DNA of 64,000 nucleotides, from NCBI RefSeq assembly GCF_022842015.1, contig NZ_JALHQJ010000003.1, positions 4,557 through 68,556 of the forward strand, in the 5' to 3' direction. A program made the translations under genes and the position numbers. This document shows positions 29,083 to 38,628 of this stretch, one piece after another (positions within the stretch are counted from its first letter, which is position 1; each line of letters begins with the position of its first letter). The stretch is from Nitrosomonas sp. (lineage in GTDB: Bacteria > Pseudomonadota > Gammaproteobacteria > Burkholderiales > Nitrosomonadaceae). Below the pieces are notes generated by a model, which searched no databases, was not told the DNA's origin, and was given only the letters and a program-made list of their open reading frames with translations.

Positions 29083-29290
29083 TATGGTGAGCCATGTCGA
29101 GCCACATCTCGAACTAAAAACACTAAACCAGGTAAAACATCTAAGAATTTGTTTAGATTGATACATGACAAGAAACCGCCTAGTGATACTTCTAGCAAGC
29201 AGGTCGCTTAGTCTCCTTTATAAATCTTTGTTTATGTTCTCAAGAGTGAAACTTGAACAAAAGGAGAGAAATGTTACCAACAATATTGTT
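29083..29290 (+). pseudogene. Copy B: orphan 3' tail of a paralogous serine recombinase
   Basis: Translates YGEPCRATSRTKNTKPGKTSKNLFRLIHDKKPPSDTSSKQVA* versus YGEPHRATSRTFDVKASKTSKNLFKLIHDKEPPGDELGKLAA* in 26194-27747; end approximate. Confidence 0.85.
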
Positions 29291-29481
29291 TTTGTAGCAG
29301 AAGGTTTATCATTACTAAATGACAACAATTATTATATTGATGGATGCCCAGCTTTTGTGGGAGAAATAATACTACAAAATCAACTAATTGATGTAATATG
29401 GCACAATACAATTGCTCTATGAGTCTTCTATTATTGATTAGGAGCTCTGTGGTTGCTTTATTAATTTTTTAAATTTCACCT

Positions 29482-29940
29482 ATGTTTGAATTAGATCACA
29501 AGCATTTCATGCAGCTTGCGTTTGAACAAGCCAAAAAATCGTACGATGAAGGAGGATTACCAATTGGCGCAGTAATGATAGAAGATAATCTTGTCATTGG
29601 CTCGGGGCATAATCGGCGGGTACAAAATGGAGACCCAACTGCTCATGGTGAGATGGATTGTTTTCGACAAGTTGGTAGACGTAAAAACTACCAAGATGTC
29701 ACTCTCTACACCACATTAAGTCCATGTATGATGTGTGCTGGCACAGTGGTGCAATTCGGAATTCCACGGGTTATCATCGGTGAGAATAAGTCATTTGCCG
29801 GTAATATTGATTTTCTCAAAGAACATGGCGTCGAAGTCATTCTTCTGAACGATCCGCAATGTGAGTCCTTGATGCAAAAGTTTATTATTGAAAAACCAGA
29901 ATTGTGGAATGAGGATATTGCTGGGAGAGAACGTGTTTAA
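29482..29940 (+). CDS. Zn-dependent nucleoside/cytosine deaminase
   Basis: GGLPIGAV, AHGEMDC (HxE), LSPCMMC (PCxxC), ELWNEDI. Confidence 0.9.
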   Translation: MFELDHKHFMQLAFEQAKKSYDEGGLPIGAVMIEDNLVIGSGHNRRVQNGDPTAHGEMDCFRQVGRRKNYQDVTLYTTLSPCMMCAGTVVQFGIPRVIIGENKSFAGNIDFLKEHGVEVILLNDPQCESLMQKFIIEKPELWNEDIAGRERV

Positions 29941-30433
29941 TCATAAGCTGTTTCGTTTTAATATCCAAGATCAACTTCCCGAGACAAAAGAAGAGTTAGA
30001 TGAATATCTCAAAAACCTCAAAAACCTATTAAGCGATCAACAGCAAGAACCGATTTTTGCACACTTATATGAAAATCTATCAATTTTAGATGCAAAAGCT
30101 GCGTCATTGTTGCAGTTCAACTCAATCTTACTTGCAGTATTGGCCATATTTCTAACAGCCGACGCCATCTCAAGTACTGCTTTTTTTATTACCATAGCCG
30201 GTATATTCCTTATACTAATTTCATCATATTTGTTACTGGATGTTGTTTGGGTACATTGGTCAGCAGCGGATCATATGCACATCAGAGAAGATCATGAGCT
30301 TAAATTGCTTGAAGTGCGTAGAAGTCGCACGAGACTTTATCGTATTGCTTGGAATTTCTCTAGGGGAAGCTTATTGATGGTCGCAGCAGTTGTTATTTTT
30401 GAGCTTTTTCTAAAGATTACAGAGAAAGTTTAG
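29933..30433 (+). CDS. Small multi-pass membrane protein, possibly Pycsar-effector-like
   Basis: GTG overlaps the deaminase stop; ILDAKAASLLQFNSILLAV followed by about 3 hydrophobic helices. Confidence 0.55.
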   Translation: MFNHKLFRFNIQDQLPETKEELDEYLKNLKNLLSDQQQEPIFAHLYENLSILDAKAASLLQFNSILLAVLAIFLTADAISSTAFFITIAGIFLILISSYLLLDVVWVHWSAADHMHIREDHELKLLEVRRSRTRLYRIAWNFSRGSLLMVAAVVIFELFLKITEKV

Positions 30434-30589
30434 GAAAATTACCATCCAATGAATCGTCATACTTCAATAAAACTTCAAAGAATTCATTGAATTAAATCTC
30501 TGGGCACTACTAATATTTTCCATAACATAAGGCTAGAAGAGTTGCTTGTAGGTAGATCAAGTTCAAGTTTTACTTCACAATTAGCCTTT

Positions 30590-33169
30590 CTATAAGGTAG
30601 AGAACTTCCTAATTTTTTTTCTAATTTCTTCAAATCGCATTATTTCATCATTAAGATTCTGTGGTTCAGGATTCTTGTAAGCATATTTATCGCTATGGGT
30701 ATGTCCTTCCATATAGCGACAACATTGTGCAAAACTATCTTGTAGTTCTTGAATTAAAATCTGGTCAAAGTTCACTTCTGATAAGGAATCAATACTAACT
30801 CTATCCTCAAATGGTCTTACTGTATTATTAAAGAGATCATAGATAACTAGTACCTCATAAGAAGTTCTTAATGCAGAAAAGCCTTGGGCTAAATACCTGT
30901 ATCTTTCTTCCGGAGGACAATCGTCTTTATTGCTATTCCTGAAGTAATTCTTTGCAGGCTCAGCATTTCTGTATTTCTTCTGATATATTGGAGCGTTTCC
31001 GAACCAAATAAAACCAGGCTTATTGTTTCTACTTTCAATCCAATGACATAATACTTCGTCTTCTTTTGATTTAGATAAAAGATTAGATACGAAAACCAAA
31101 TCGTGTGAGAAGACAATTACTTGCTTGGCTGATGATTCGGCAATTAATCTCCTTGCTATTTCAGCTTTTCTTGCATCATCTAAAGAAGTAACAGGGTCGT
31201 CAAATATGATTCCTCTGTTCACTTCTGATAATTGCATTTCTGCTATAAAGTCAGCAATAGCAATAACTTTCTGCTCTCCTTCACTCAATACAGCATTCGG
31301 GTTATTACCTCGTAATTTTAGCTGTCTATACGATCTACCTGCTGTGCCTGTATGATTTATCTCGATACCAAAATTTCCATTTAGTTTTTGACACTCTTCA
31401 TTAAAAGTTTCGACATATTTCTGATTGAAATACTTATCTGATAGAGCTTTCTCAGTATCGGTTATTTTTCTTTTGGCAAAATTTGCACTACCTGCTTTTT
31501 TTATCCATATTTGATTATCAACGAAAGCCTCAAATTTTGAAAAATGAGTATTAAATTTCTCTTTGTGTTCTAAGAATGTTTTTTCCTTCAGCAATTTTTC
31601 CAATTTATTGCTTTGTTCATCATCTTTGAACAATTTAATTGCATCGCCAAGCGCTGTTTCAATCGTTGTGTGCTCTTCAACGCTAATTTTTACTTCAATT
31701 CGATTATTTGCTGTTTTATTTTGAATATCGGAAATGATGCTTTCAGATAGCGTTTTTTGTTCAGTGAGCCTTTGTTTTAATGAGTTCAAATGCTGGGGAT
31801 ATTTTTCAGTAAGCCAAGCTGAGAGTGTATTTTCTATAGGAAACAACTCAAAAACTAATTTCTCAAAAGCTTGCCTGATTTTATCAAGCTCTTCCTGTGC
31901 TTTTTTTGCATTCTCTTCCGCGACACTTTTTATAAAAGTCCAATAACTTGCAATCAATTTCTCAGCATCTTCTGAAAGTGGCTGATGGCAAAATAAACAG
32001 TTATCTCCGTTTTCAGGATAAATAGCTTTTTCAAATTTTTGATTTATTGCGAATGCTTCGGCGCTTACAATAAAATCTTTCCACTCTTCAGTGCCAATAC
32101 CTTCAATTTTATCCGTTTTAAAATTTTCAATTCCCTCGGCTTTAGCAACATCTTCTTTTTTCTTGCAATCGTTTATTACTTTTTTTACCTTTTCAAGTGT
32201 TTCGGTTGAGAAATATCGGTTAAGTGTTTCAAGTGCCTTTTTATTTTCTCCTAATAATTTTTTAATGTTCTCAAGATCTTTTATTTCCTTATCCTTACTT
32301 CTTGAAGCCAGAAGCAGTTCGTCATATTGCTTCTGAATTTCCGCTTTTTTGGTTTTATCTTCTTCTGAAAAAGGAGTGTATTTTTTCAAATCTTCAATTT
32401 TGGTTGAGGCAGAAAGTTTCTCAATTGCTGTTTTAATTTCAGATTCGCCATCAAATAAAAATAAAAGACTATCTAATGTATGCCCAATCCTCTTATCACT
32501 AATATTAGCATTTAGTTTTTGTTCAATTTTTGTAATAGCATCGGTGTATTCAGCAAAAAAACTTAATCCTGCTGGCCGGAACTCAAATTCATTTTTGTTC
32601 TCAAGTTGCTTTAATAATCCCTTTCCGTCAAAAACAGAGAACTGTTCAAACTCTACTGAATTCTCATTTGCAGGATATTCCAATGGAATGTCTGAATTCT
32701 GAGAAATGAAAGTAAATTTTGCTTTAATGGATTTGTGACCGCTATTGATATGAACATTGGGCAAAATTTCTTCTGGAGCTTTTGAGTAAAATACTTTTTT
32801 GAGCAATCTAACATAACCTGATTTTCCGGAACCGTTTGCACCGTAGATGATAGTCAGATTAGGGCTGAATTCAATTGTTTGGTTTTCAGTTAAAGCGTTT
32901 ACACCTTCAACACTTTCAAGTCTTGAAAGTAATAAATCAAGTTTATGATTACCTGAATTTCCGGCATTGTAATTGATTGTAATTACAGGCTTCTCGGTCT
33001 CATTCTTTAGCTTTAATTCTTCAAGGAGACAGGAATACGAAGTATCGATGTCATTTAGAGAAATGGCATTCCCTGACAAAATCTTCTGAGCGATGTATTT
33101 TGCCCAATACGGGAGATTATTGGCAAAATTATTTATTTCAGATTCAAGTGTTAAGTGCTTAGAAGTCAT
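30590..33169 (-). CDS. RloC-like ABC-ATPase with zinc hook and HEPN-like C-terminus
   Basis: GANGSGKS, CLFC hook in a long coiled coil, LSEGEQK, FDDPVTSLD, RYMEGH (Rx4H). Confidence 0.7.
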   Translation of the reverse strand: MTSKHLTLESEINNFANNLPYWAKYIAQKILSGNAISLNDIDTSYSCLLEELKLKNETEKPVITINYNAGNSGNHKLDLLLSRLESVEGVNALTENQTIEFSPNLTIIYGANGSGKSGYVRLLKKVFYSKAPEEILPNVHINSGHKSIKAKFTFISQNSDIPLEYPANENSVEFEQFSVFDGKGLLKQLENKNEFEFRPAGLSFFAEYTDAITKIEQKLNANISDKRIGHTLDSLLFLFDGESEIKTAIEKLSASTKIEDLKKYTPFSEEDKTKKAEIQKQYDELLLASRSKDKEIKDLENIKKLLGENKKALETLNRYFSTETLEKVKKVINDCKKKEDVAKAEGIENFKTDKIEGIGTEEWKDFIVSAEAFAINQKFEKAIYPENGDNCLFCHQPLSEDAEKLIASYWTFIKSVAEENAKKAQEELDKIRQAFEKLVFELFPIENTLSAWLTEKYPQHLNSLKQRLTEQKTLSESIISDIQNKTANNRIEVKISVEEHTTIETALGDAIKLFKDDEQSNKLEKLLKEKTFLEHKEKFNTHFSKFEAFVDNQIWIKKAGSANFAKRKITDTEKALSDKYFNQKYVETFNEECQKLNGNFGIEINHTGTAGRSYRQLKLRGNNPNAVLSEGEQKVIAIADFIAEMQLSEVNRGIIFDDPVTSLDDARKAEIARRLIAESSAKQVIVFSHDLVFVSNLLSKSKEDEVLCHWIESRNNKPGFIWFGNAPIYQKKYRNAEPAKNYFRNSNKDDCPPEERYRYLAQGFSALRTSYEVLVIYDLFNNTVRPFEDRVSIDSLSEVNFDQILIQELQDSFAQCCRYMEGHTHSDKYAYKNPEPQNLNDEIMRFEEIRKKIRKFSTL

Positions 33170-33304
33170 TTATGTATTCTACATAAAACACAGATTTCTA
33201 CAAAGATAAGCAAATGATGTTAAGTTCTCACACCATGCCTATCCTCCAATTATGGTGAATTATTTATATCGGGTTGTTCTTTTGATTTCAAAAAGGAGTC
33301 CGAT

Positions 33305-33871
33305 ATGTCAATGCAAATGCGCTCAAACGCTGAGCTTCTCGCCATGCTGGTGGGGAAAAGAAAAGCCGATAAGCTATTTCGCAACACACTGGTTTCACTA
33401 TTTTTTGCCAGGGAAGGAAGCAATAAATACTCGAAGGAACTGGCCGCTGCCAAGGAGCTAGTTAAACGCTCTCTAAATGAAGAGATACAGCAATTGGATG
33501 CTCTCAGTTCACCGGCAAAAGTGGCTGATTACCTGAAGTTAACGCTCATGGGATATGAACATGAAGTTTTTATCACCTTATTCCTTGATGCACAAAACCG
33601 CCTCATTGCTACCGAAGAATTGTTTCGTGGCACTTTGACCAATACAGCCGTCTATCCACGGGAAATCGTCAAGCGGGCGCTTTTGCTCAACGCGGGCAAT
33701 GTTATCTTTGCGCACAATCATCCTTCCGGATTGGCGACACCAAGTCATGCCGACAAAGTGCTGACAGAGACTTTAAAACAAGCATTAGCGCTCATAGACG
33801 TGAAAGTGCTCGATCATTTAGTGATCGGAGACGCCGCTGCGGTTAGTTTCGCCGAAAGTGGATGGTTATAA
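33305..33871 (+). CDS. radC: RadC family JAB-domain protein
   Basis: EHEVF, VYPREIVK, FAHNHPSG..PSHAD, VLDHLVIG. Confidence 0.9.
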   Translation: MSMQMRSNAELLAMLVGKRKADKLFRNTLVSLFFAREGSNKYSKELAAAKELVKRSLNEEIQQLDALSSPAKVADYLKLTLMGYEHEVFITLFLDAQNRLIATEELFRGTLTNTAVYPREIVKRALLLNAGNVIFAHNHPSGLATPSHADKVLTETLKQALALIDVKVLDHLVIGDAAAVSFAESGWL

Positions 33872-33874
33872 ATT

Positions 33875-33908
33875 AAACCCTGCCATAAACAGCAGGGTTT
33901 TTATTTTT
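33875..33908 (+). terminator. Intrinsic terminator after radC
   Basis: AAACCCTGC-8nt-GCAGGGTTT followed by a T-rich run. Confidence 0.7.
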
Positions 33909-33992
33909 TGTGAAAAACAATGGCTATAGAAATTACCAGAGCAGTAATTCACCACATCGTGCCATTTTTTTAGCGCAATCTATTCTAGCTAG

Positions 33993-35183
33993 GTGCATTA
34001 CCAACCCATTTCATTTTTTGGAAGAACCAACGCTCGAAATTCTCACCGCCACTTTGGTATCAAAAATAATGACCGTTTTTCCCATATCTATGTAATTGGC
34101 CGTACCGGGGCTGGAAAAACTACCTTATTGGAAACTCTGGCTACACAGGATATACAAAATGGCAAGGGCTTATGCGTCATTGATCCACATGGCGATCTGG
34201 CTGAAAGATTAGTATTAAGTGTTCCAGAACAGAGGACTAATGACCTTTGTTATGTGAACGTACCCGATATACAACAACCTTATGGCTATAACCCACTAAG
34301 AAAGGTACACCCTTCCCGTATACCCTTGGCCGTGTCGGGACTGATGGAAGCTTTCAAAAAACTTTGGGACGAGGCCTGGGGCGTTCGCATGGAGCATATA
34401 CTTAGAAATACGCTCTATGCCTTGATTGAAGCCGGTGACGCCAAGCTACCCGATATTCTTGGTATGATTGCTGATAAAAACTATCGCGCAACCATCATTC
34501 CGAAAGTTAAAAATGAGCAAGTGCGTAGTTTCTGGCTGGAAGAATTCACTGCCTATAATCCCCGCTATCGGCAGGAAATGATCGCTCCTATTCAAAATAA
34601 AGTCGGTGCATTTCTGGCCGATCCCAAGCTAAAACGCATCTTTACCGCAGCCCCCGTTAACCTCCAATTTCGATCAATTATGGATGAAGGGAAGATTCTG
34701 ATTGTGAATCTAGCCAAAGGTCGTCTTGGTGAGGATAGTGCCTCACTGTTTGGTGCGCTACTCGTAACCACTCTTGGTTTAGCGGCTATGAGTCGTGGTG
34801 ATATGCCGGAGTCAGAGCGCCGCGATTTTTTCATATACATCGATGAATTCCAGAGTTTCACTACGCTTTCCATCGCTAATATGGTTTCGGAGCTGAGAAA
34901 GTATCGTATTGGCCTTGTTTTGGCGCACCAACACTTCTATCAATTGGAACCCGATGTTAGGCATGCGGTATTAGCCAATGCCGGTACACTGATAGCGTTT
35001 CGGGTGGGGCCAGAAGATGCACCGCTGATTGCTCGGGAATTTGCACCAGTTTTCAACGTCACCGATCTTATCAGTCTACCAAACCACCATATCTACCTAA
35101 AACTCATGATCGACGGCGCTCCTAGCCAGCCATTTAGTGCCACCACTTTACATCCCCATGATCTTAATCATTTAAGTTATTAA
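33993..35183 (+). CDS. VirD4/TrwB/HerA-like P-loop ATPase
   Basis: HIYVIGRTGAGKT, VIDPHGDL, YIDEFQSF, ELRKYRIGLVLAHQ. Confidence 0.8.
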   Translation: MHYQPISFFGRTNARNSHRHFGIKNNDRFSHIYVIGRTGAGKTTLLETLATQDIQNGKGLCVIDPHGDLAERLVLSVPEQRTNDLCYVNVPDIQQPYGYNPLRKVHPSRIPLAVSGLMEAFKKLWDEAWGVRMEHILRNTLYALIEAGDAKLPDILGMIADKNYRATIIPKVKNEQVRSFWLEEFTAYNPRYRQEMIAPIQNKVGAFLADPKLKRIFTAAPVNLQFRSIMDEGKILIVNLAKGRLGEDSASLFGALLVTTLGLAAMSRGDMPESERRDFFIYIDEFQSFTTLSIANMVSELRKYRIGLVLAHQHFYQLEPDVRHAVLANAGTLIAFRVGPEDAPLIAREFAPVFNVTDLISLPNHHIYLKLMIDGAPSQPFSATTLHPHDLNHLSY

Positions 35184-35257
35184 CCCTTCTATCCGCTAAT
35201 ACAAAACGTAGATACTTTAGTTACTTATCTTATTCATGAGAAAAGAGGAGAAATCAT

Positions 35258-35638
35258 ATGAAGTTATTGCTACGTCGTAATCAAAAAACCGGCATGCTCG
35301 GAAAAATCATCTTTATCATCGCCGTCCGCGCGGAACTATCCGATGAAGAAAAAGCCGATATCAAAAAATACAAACTTGGCGATACTATGCTCTATGAACG
35401 CTCCAAAATCGCTGATCCCGGTAGCGGACTTCTTGGCATGGCTTCACGCTTAGCTTTCAGAATGATTAATCTGTCAATCTCAGTTAATGATTTAGAGAAG
35501 GGAAAAGAGGTTGAGTGCAAAGATGTGGTGGAAATGCTGGCCGTTGAAGAACAAATAAAAGAAGCCGCCCATACCTTTCGGACAGTCCTTGGAGCCGCTA
35601 GTACTTTTGGTGGTGAGGAAATTATCGAGATCAATTAA
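35258..35638 (+). CDS. Hypothetical protein
   Basis: 126 aa, SD-like GAGGAG upstream, abuts the 926-aa gene. Confidence 0.65.
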   Translation: MKLLLRRNQKTGMLGKIIFIIAVRAELSDEEKADIKKYKLGDTMLYERSKIADPGSGLLGMASRLAFRMINLSISVNDLEKGKEVECKDVVEMLAVEEQIKEAAHTFRTVLGAASTFGGEEIIEIN

Positions 35639-38419
35639 GTGTCTCAAAACTGGCTTTCCTGGCTCAAACCTTCGCCTAAACAATTAGAACAGGCGGAGAT
35701 GCTGACTATGTTGCAGCAGTTACAGCAGCATAGTCAGTGGGCATCGCCTCTCAATACCGAAGACAAAGTTAACAACTTTATAATTGATGTCATTGCTGAT
35801 GCTTGCAGTGAGCATGGCACTCTACCCGGCATACCTTTAGGCGAAGCGCTATTCTACGCCATCAAAACTCTTTTAAAAGATGATTCAATTATCGGAGAGT
35901 TACCAACTGAATCAGAAATTTGCCATCTAAGTATTGAAGAAGGTGTGCGTCTCCGAGCCGCTTTTAGACGCTATGAGCGGTTTCTAGCAACCCCAGATCG
36001 ATTATTAGCTATCTGGCAGGCAAAGCTCATATGGCTTTTTAGAGGTCTGCTTGGATATTTTCCCGAGTCCGCGTTTATTGATGTTAATGAAAATGGACAA
36101 GGTGCTGATGATTCCGTTGTTTTCCCCAAAGCTCAGGCTTTTGATCTTTGCGACAACCTTCCGGAAGTCATTCAGCGCATCATCGCGACTTTATTTGATG
36201 AGGATGTTGTTGAGGCACAGCTTTTTGCGCCAGAGCGAGACATATTTAACCGGAATTTGTTAAAAGCATCAGGCTATTCACCTGATGCTACCTTTAACCA
36301 TGATCCCAAAATAATATTACCCACAGAAAGCAAACTTAGAGAACCTGCGGCGTTGGTCGATGCGTATTTAGGCGGTACGCCATTTCAGGAACTGTTATAC
36401 AGCCCATTACCGTTTGCGATTCCGTTTCCGGCCCGATTTGAACACACGCACATTGTTGGCGGGACTGGGCACGGCAAAACCCAGCTTATGCAATTCTTGA
36501 TTCATCACGATATTGTGCGCTCACAAGATGATGGACGCTCAATTGTGGTGATTGATAGCCAAGGTGATTTGATCAATACCATTTCAAAGCTTGGTTATTT
36601 TAGCAATCCGGCACTAGCCGAACGTTTCGTACTCGTTGATCCAAACGATATTGAGCATCCGGTATGTCTAAACATGTTTGATTTCAATCGGGACAGACTA
36701 AGCGGTTATGCACCGGTTGACCGGGAAAAGATTTTAAATGCCACCATTGAGCTTTATGAGTATTTCTTTGGTGCTCTTCTTGGCGCTGAACTTACCCAAC
36801 GCCAAGGACTAATATTCCGCTACTTGGCCCGGTTATTGATTGAGATTCCCGATGCCAATATTCATACACTCAGGGAATTGATGGAAGATGGGGCAAAATT
36901 CCGGCCCTATATGGAGAAACTAACCGGTACGGCCAGAAGTTTCTTTGTCACGCAGTTTTTTGATAAAAAATTTGGTGAGACCAAAAAGCAAATTTTGACC
37001 CGTCTTTGGGGTGTGCTATCGAATTCATCCTTGGAGCGGATGTTTTCCCATACTCGCAATCGGATAGACATCTTTGAGCTCCTAAATCAAGGCAAGATTA
37101 TTCTTATTAATACCGCCAAGGACTTGTTAGGGCAAGACGGTGCAGCCATTTTCGGGAGATTCTTTATTGCCCTGATCGCTCAAGCCTCGATTCAACGGGC
37201 CGCCATGCCACCGCATACCCGTCGATCAGCTTTTGTTTATATTGACGAAGCGCAAGACTATTTTGATGACAATATTTCGCATCTGCTTAATCAAGCTAGA
37301 AAGTATCGAGTAGGACTGATCTTTGCTCATCAAAACATGGATCAATTAACTGCCAATCTTCGTTCCAGTGTACTGGCTTCCACCACCATTAAATTTGCCG
37401 GTGGTTTAAGTGCCAAGGATGCCGGAGTTCTTGATTCTGAATTCCGTACCGATGCCGATTTCTTGCTAGGTATGAAGAAAGGGAAAAATCATACCGAGTT
37501 TGCTTGTTATGTGAAGAACTACACTAATAAAGCGCTGACAGTATCGATTCCACTCGGGTTTGTGGAAGATAAACCCAAGATCACAGCCTTTCAGTATGAA
37601 GAGCTTTTGGATCGGAATCGTGAGTTATACAGTGAACCGCCACTATTGCCTGAAGAAATAGCGTTTCCTGAGCAGAGCAAACCAGAGTATAAAGGGCTAC
37701 AACCAGCCAAACCCAAAGAAACAACACCAGAAAAGCCATCACAGCCAGTGGCTACACCAGCTGAGCAAGAAAAATCCGCTTCACATGTACAACAGTCAAT
37801 TATCACGCCTATTGAATCGGAAGTACCTACTACACCAGAAGCCACCGCTAAAACAACCGCTGCGCCTAAAAAAGCGAAACCCATACCACCAGAGGATATT
37901 CCTCAAGCTGGCCGTGGTGGGCGACAACATAAGTATCTGCAACATTTAATCAAGCAATTGGCCGAAGAACGCGGATTCCGTGCCACTATTGAAGAAACCA
38001 TATTGGATGGCGCTGGACGGGTCGATGTATCGCTTATTCGTGAGAAAATACGAGTAGCTTGCCAAGTTTCGGTCACCACTACCAAAGATTGGGAACTTGG
38101 TGGTATCGAGAAGTGTTTTGCGGCTGGCTATACCGAGGTAGTGCTGGTATCGGGGACGGAACGGCATATCAAGAAATTATCCAAGTTTGTGGAAGAAAAC
38201 CTTGATCCCAAGGATCAGGGACGTGTCCGGTATATAATTCCTGATGGCGTTATTGAGTTTCTTGATAGTCTTGGGAAATTTACTCCGACTGAACAAGTGG
38301 TGCGTGGATACAAAGTACGCACGGTGCAACAGGCTACTGATTCAGAAGATGCGGCTTCGAGGCGGAAAGCAATTTCGGAGGTTATTGCTAGGTCGTTGCA
38401 GAAGGAGAGGGAGAAATAA
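35639..38419 (+). CDS. Large VirD4/TraD-like ATPase with Pro-rich linker and nuclease-like C-terminal domain
   Basis: HTHIVGGTGHGKT, VIDSQGDL, YIDEAQDY, QARKYRVGL; C-terminal GRVDVSL..VACQVSV. Confidence 0.75.
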   Translation: MSQNWLSWLKPSPKQLEQAEMLTMLQQLQQHSQWASPLNTEDKVNNFIIDVIADACSEHGTLPGIPLGEALFYAIKTLLKDDSIIGELPTESEICHLSIEEGVRLRAAFRRYERFLATPDRLLAIWQAKLIWLFRGLLGYFPESAFIDVNENGQGADDSVVFPKAQAFDLCDNLPEVIQRIIATLFDEDVVEAQLFAPERDIFNRNLLKASGYSPDATFNHDPKIILPTESKLREPAALVDAYLGGTPFQELLYSPLPFAIPFPARFEHTHIVGGTGHGKTQLMQFLIHHDIVRSQDDGRSIVVIDSQGDLINTISKLGYFSNPALAERFVLVDPNDIEHPVCLNMFDFNRDRLSGYAPVDREKILNATIELYEYFFGALLGAELTQRQGLIFRYLARLLIEIPDANIHTLRELMEDGAKFRPYMEKLTGTARSFFVTQFFDKKFGETKKQILTRLWGVLSNSSLERMFSHTRNRIDIFELLNQGKIILINTAKDLLGQDGAAIFGRFFIALIAQASIQRAAMPPHTRRSAFVYIDEAQDYFDDNISHLLNQARKYRVGLIFAHQNMDQLTANLRSSVLASTTIKFAGGLSAKDAGVLDSEFRTDADFLLGMKKGKNHTEFACYVKNYTNKALTVSIPLGFVEDKPKITAFQYEELLDRNRELYSEPPLLPEEIAFPEQSKPEYKGLQPAKPKETTPEKPSQPVATPAEQEKSASHVQQSIITPIESEVPTTPEATAKTTAAPKKAKPIPPEDIPQAGRGGRQHKYLQHLIKQLAEERGFRATIEETILDGAGRVDVSLIREKIRVACQVSVTTTKDWELGGIEKCFAAGYTEVVLVSGTERHIKKLSKFVEENLDPKDQGRVRYIIPDGVIEFLDSLGKFTPTEQVVRGYKVRTVQQATDSEDAASRRKAISEVIARSLQKEREK

Positions 38420-38628
38420 AACTTGGGAAAACAATTAAAATAAACTAAGACATTGAATTCTTCTTCAGTAACATGATAACCAGATACCCCCATGAAGATT
38501 AATTTATCGTAAGCAAATTCTTTCGAAAGTTGCTTAAGTAACTCTTAAATAATGCATTTAAATAGGACAGTCACAGCTAAGTGAAACCATTTTACCGTTA
38601 TACTAAAAATATTTAAAATCAATTAACA

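Noticed and set aside
27988-29100. Complete diversity-generating retroelement
   Set aside because: No reverse transcriptase, Avd or template repeat was found in the window; only the target-like protein is reported.
27619-30490. CRISPR array or classical integron attC array
   Set aside because: The repeats are long, diverged coding tails, not short regularly spaced repeats; there is no cas gene, tyrosine integrase or GTTRRRY/RYYYAAC-bounded site.
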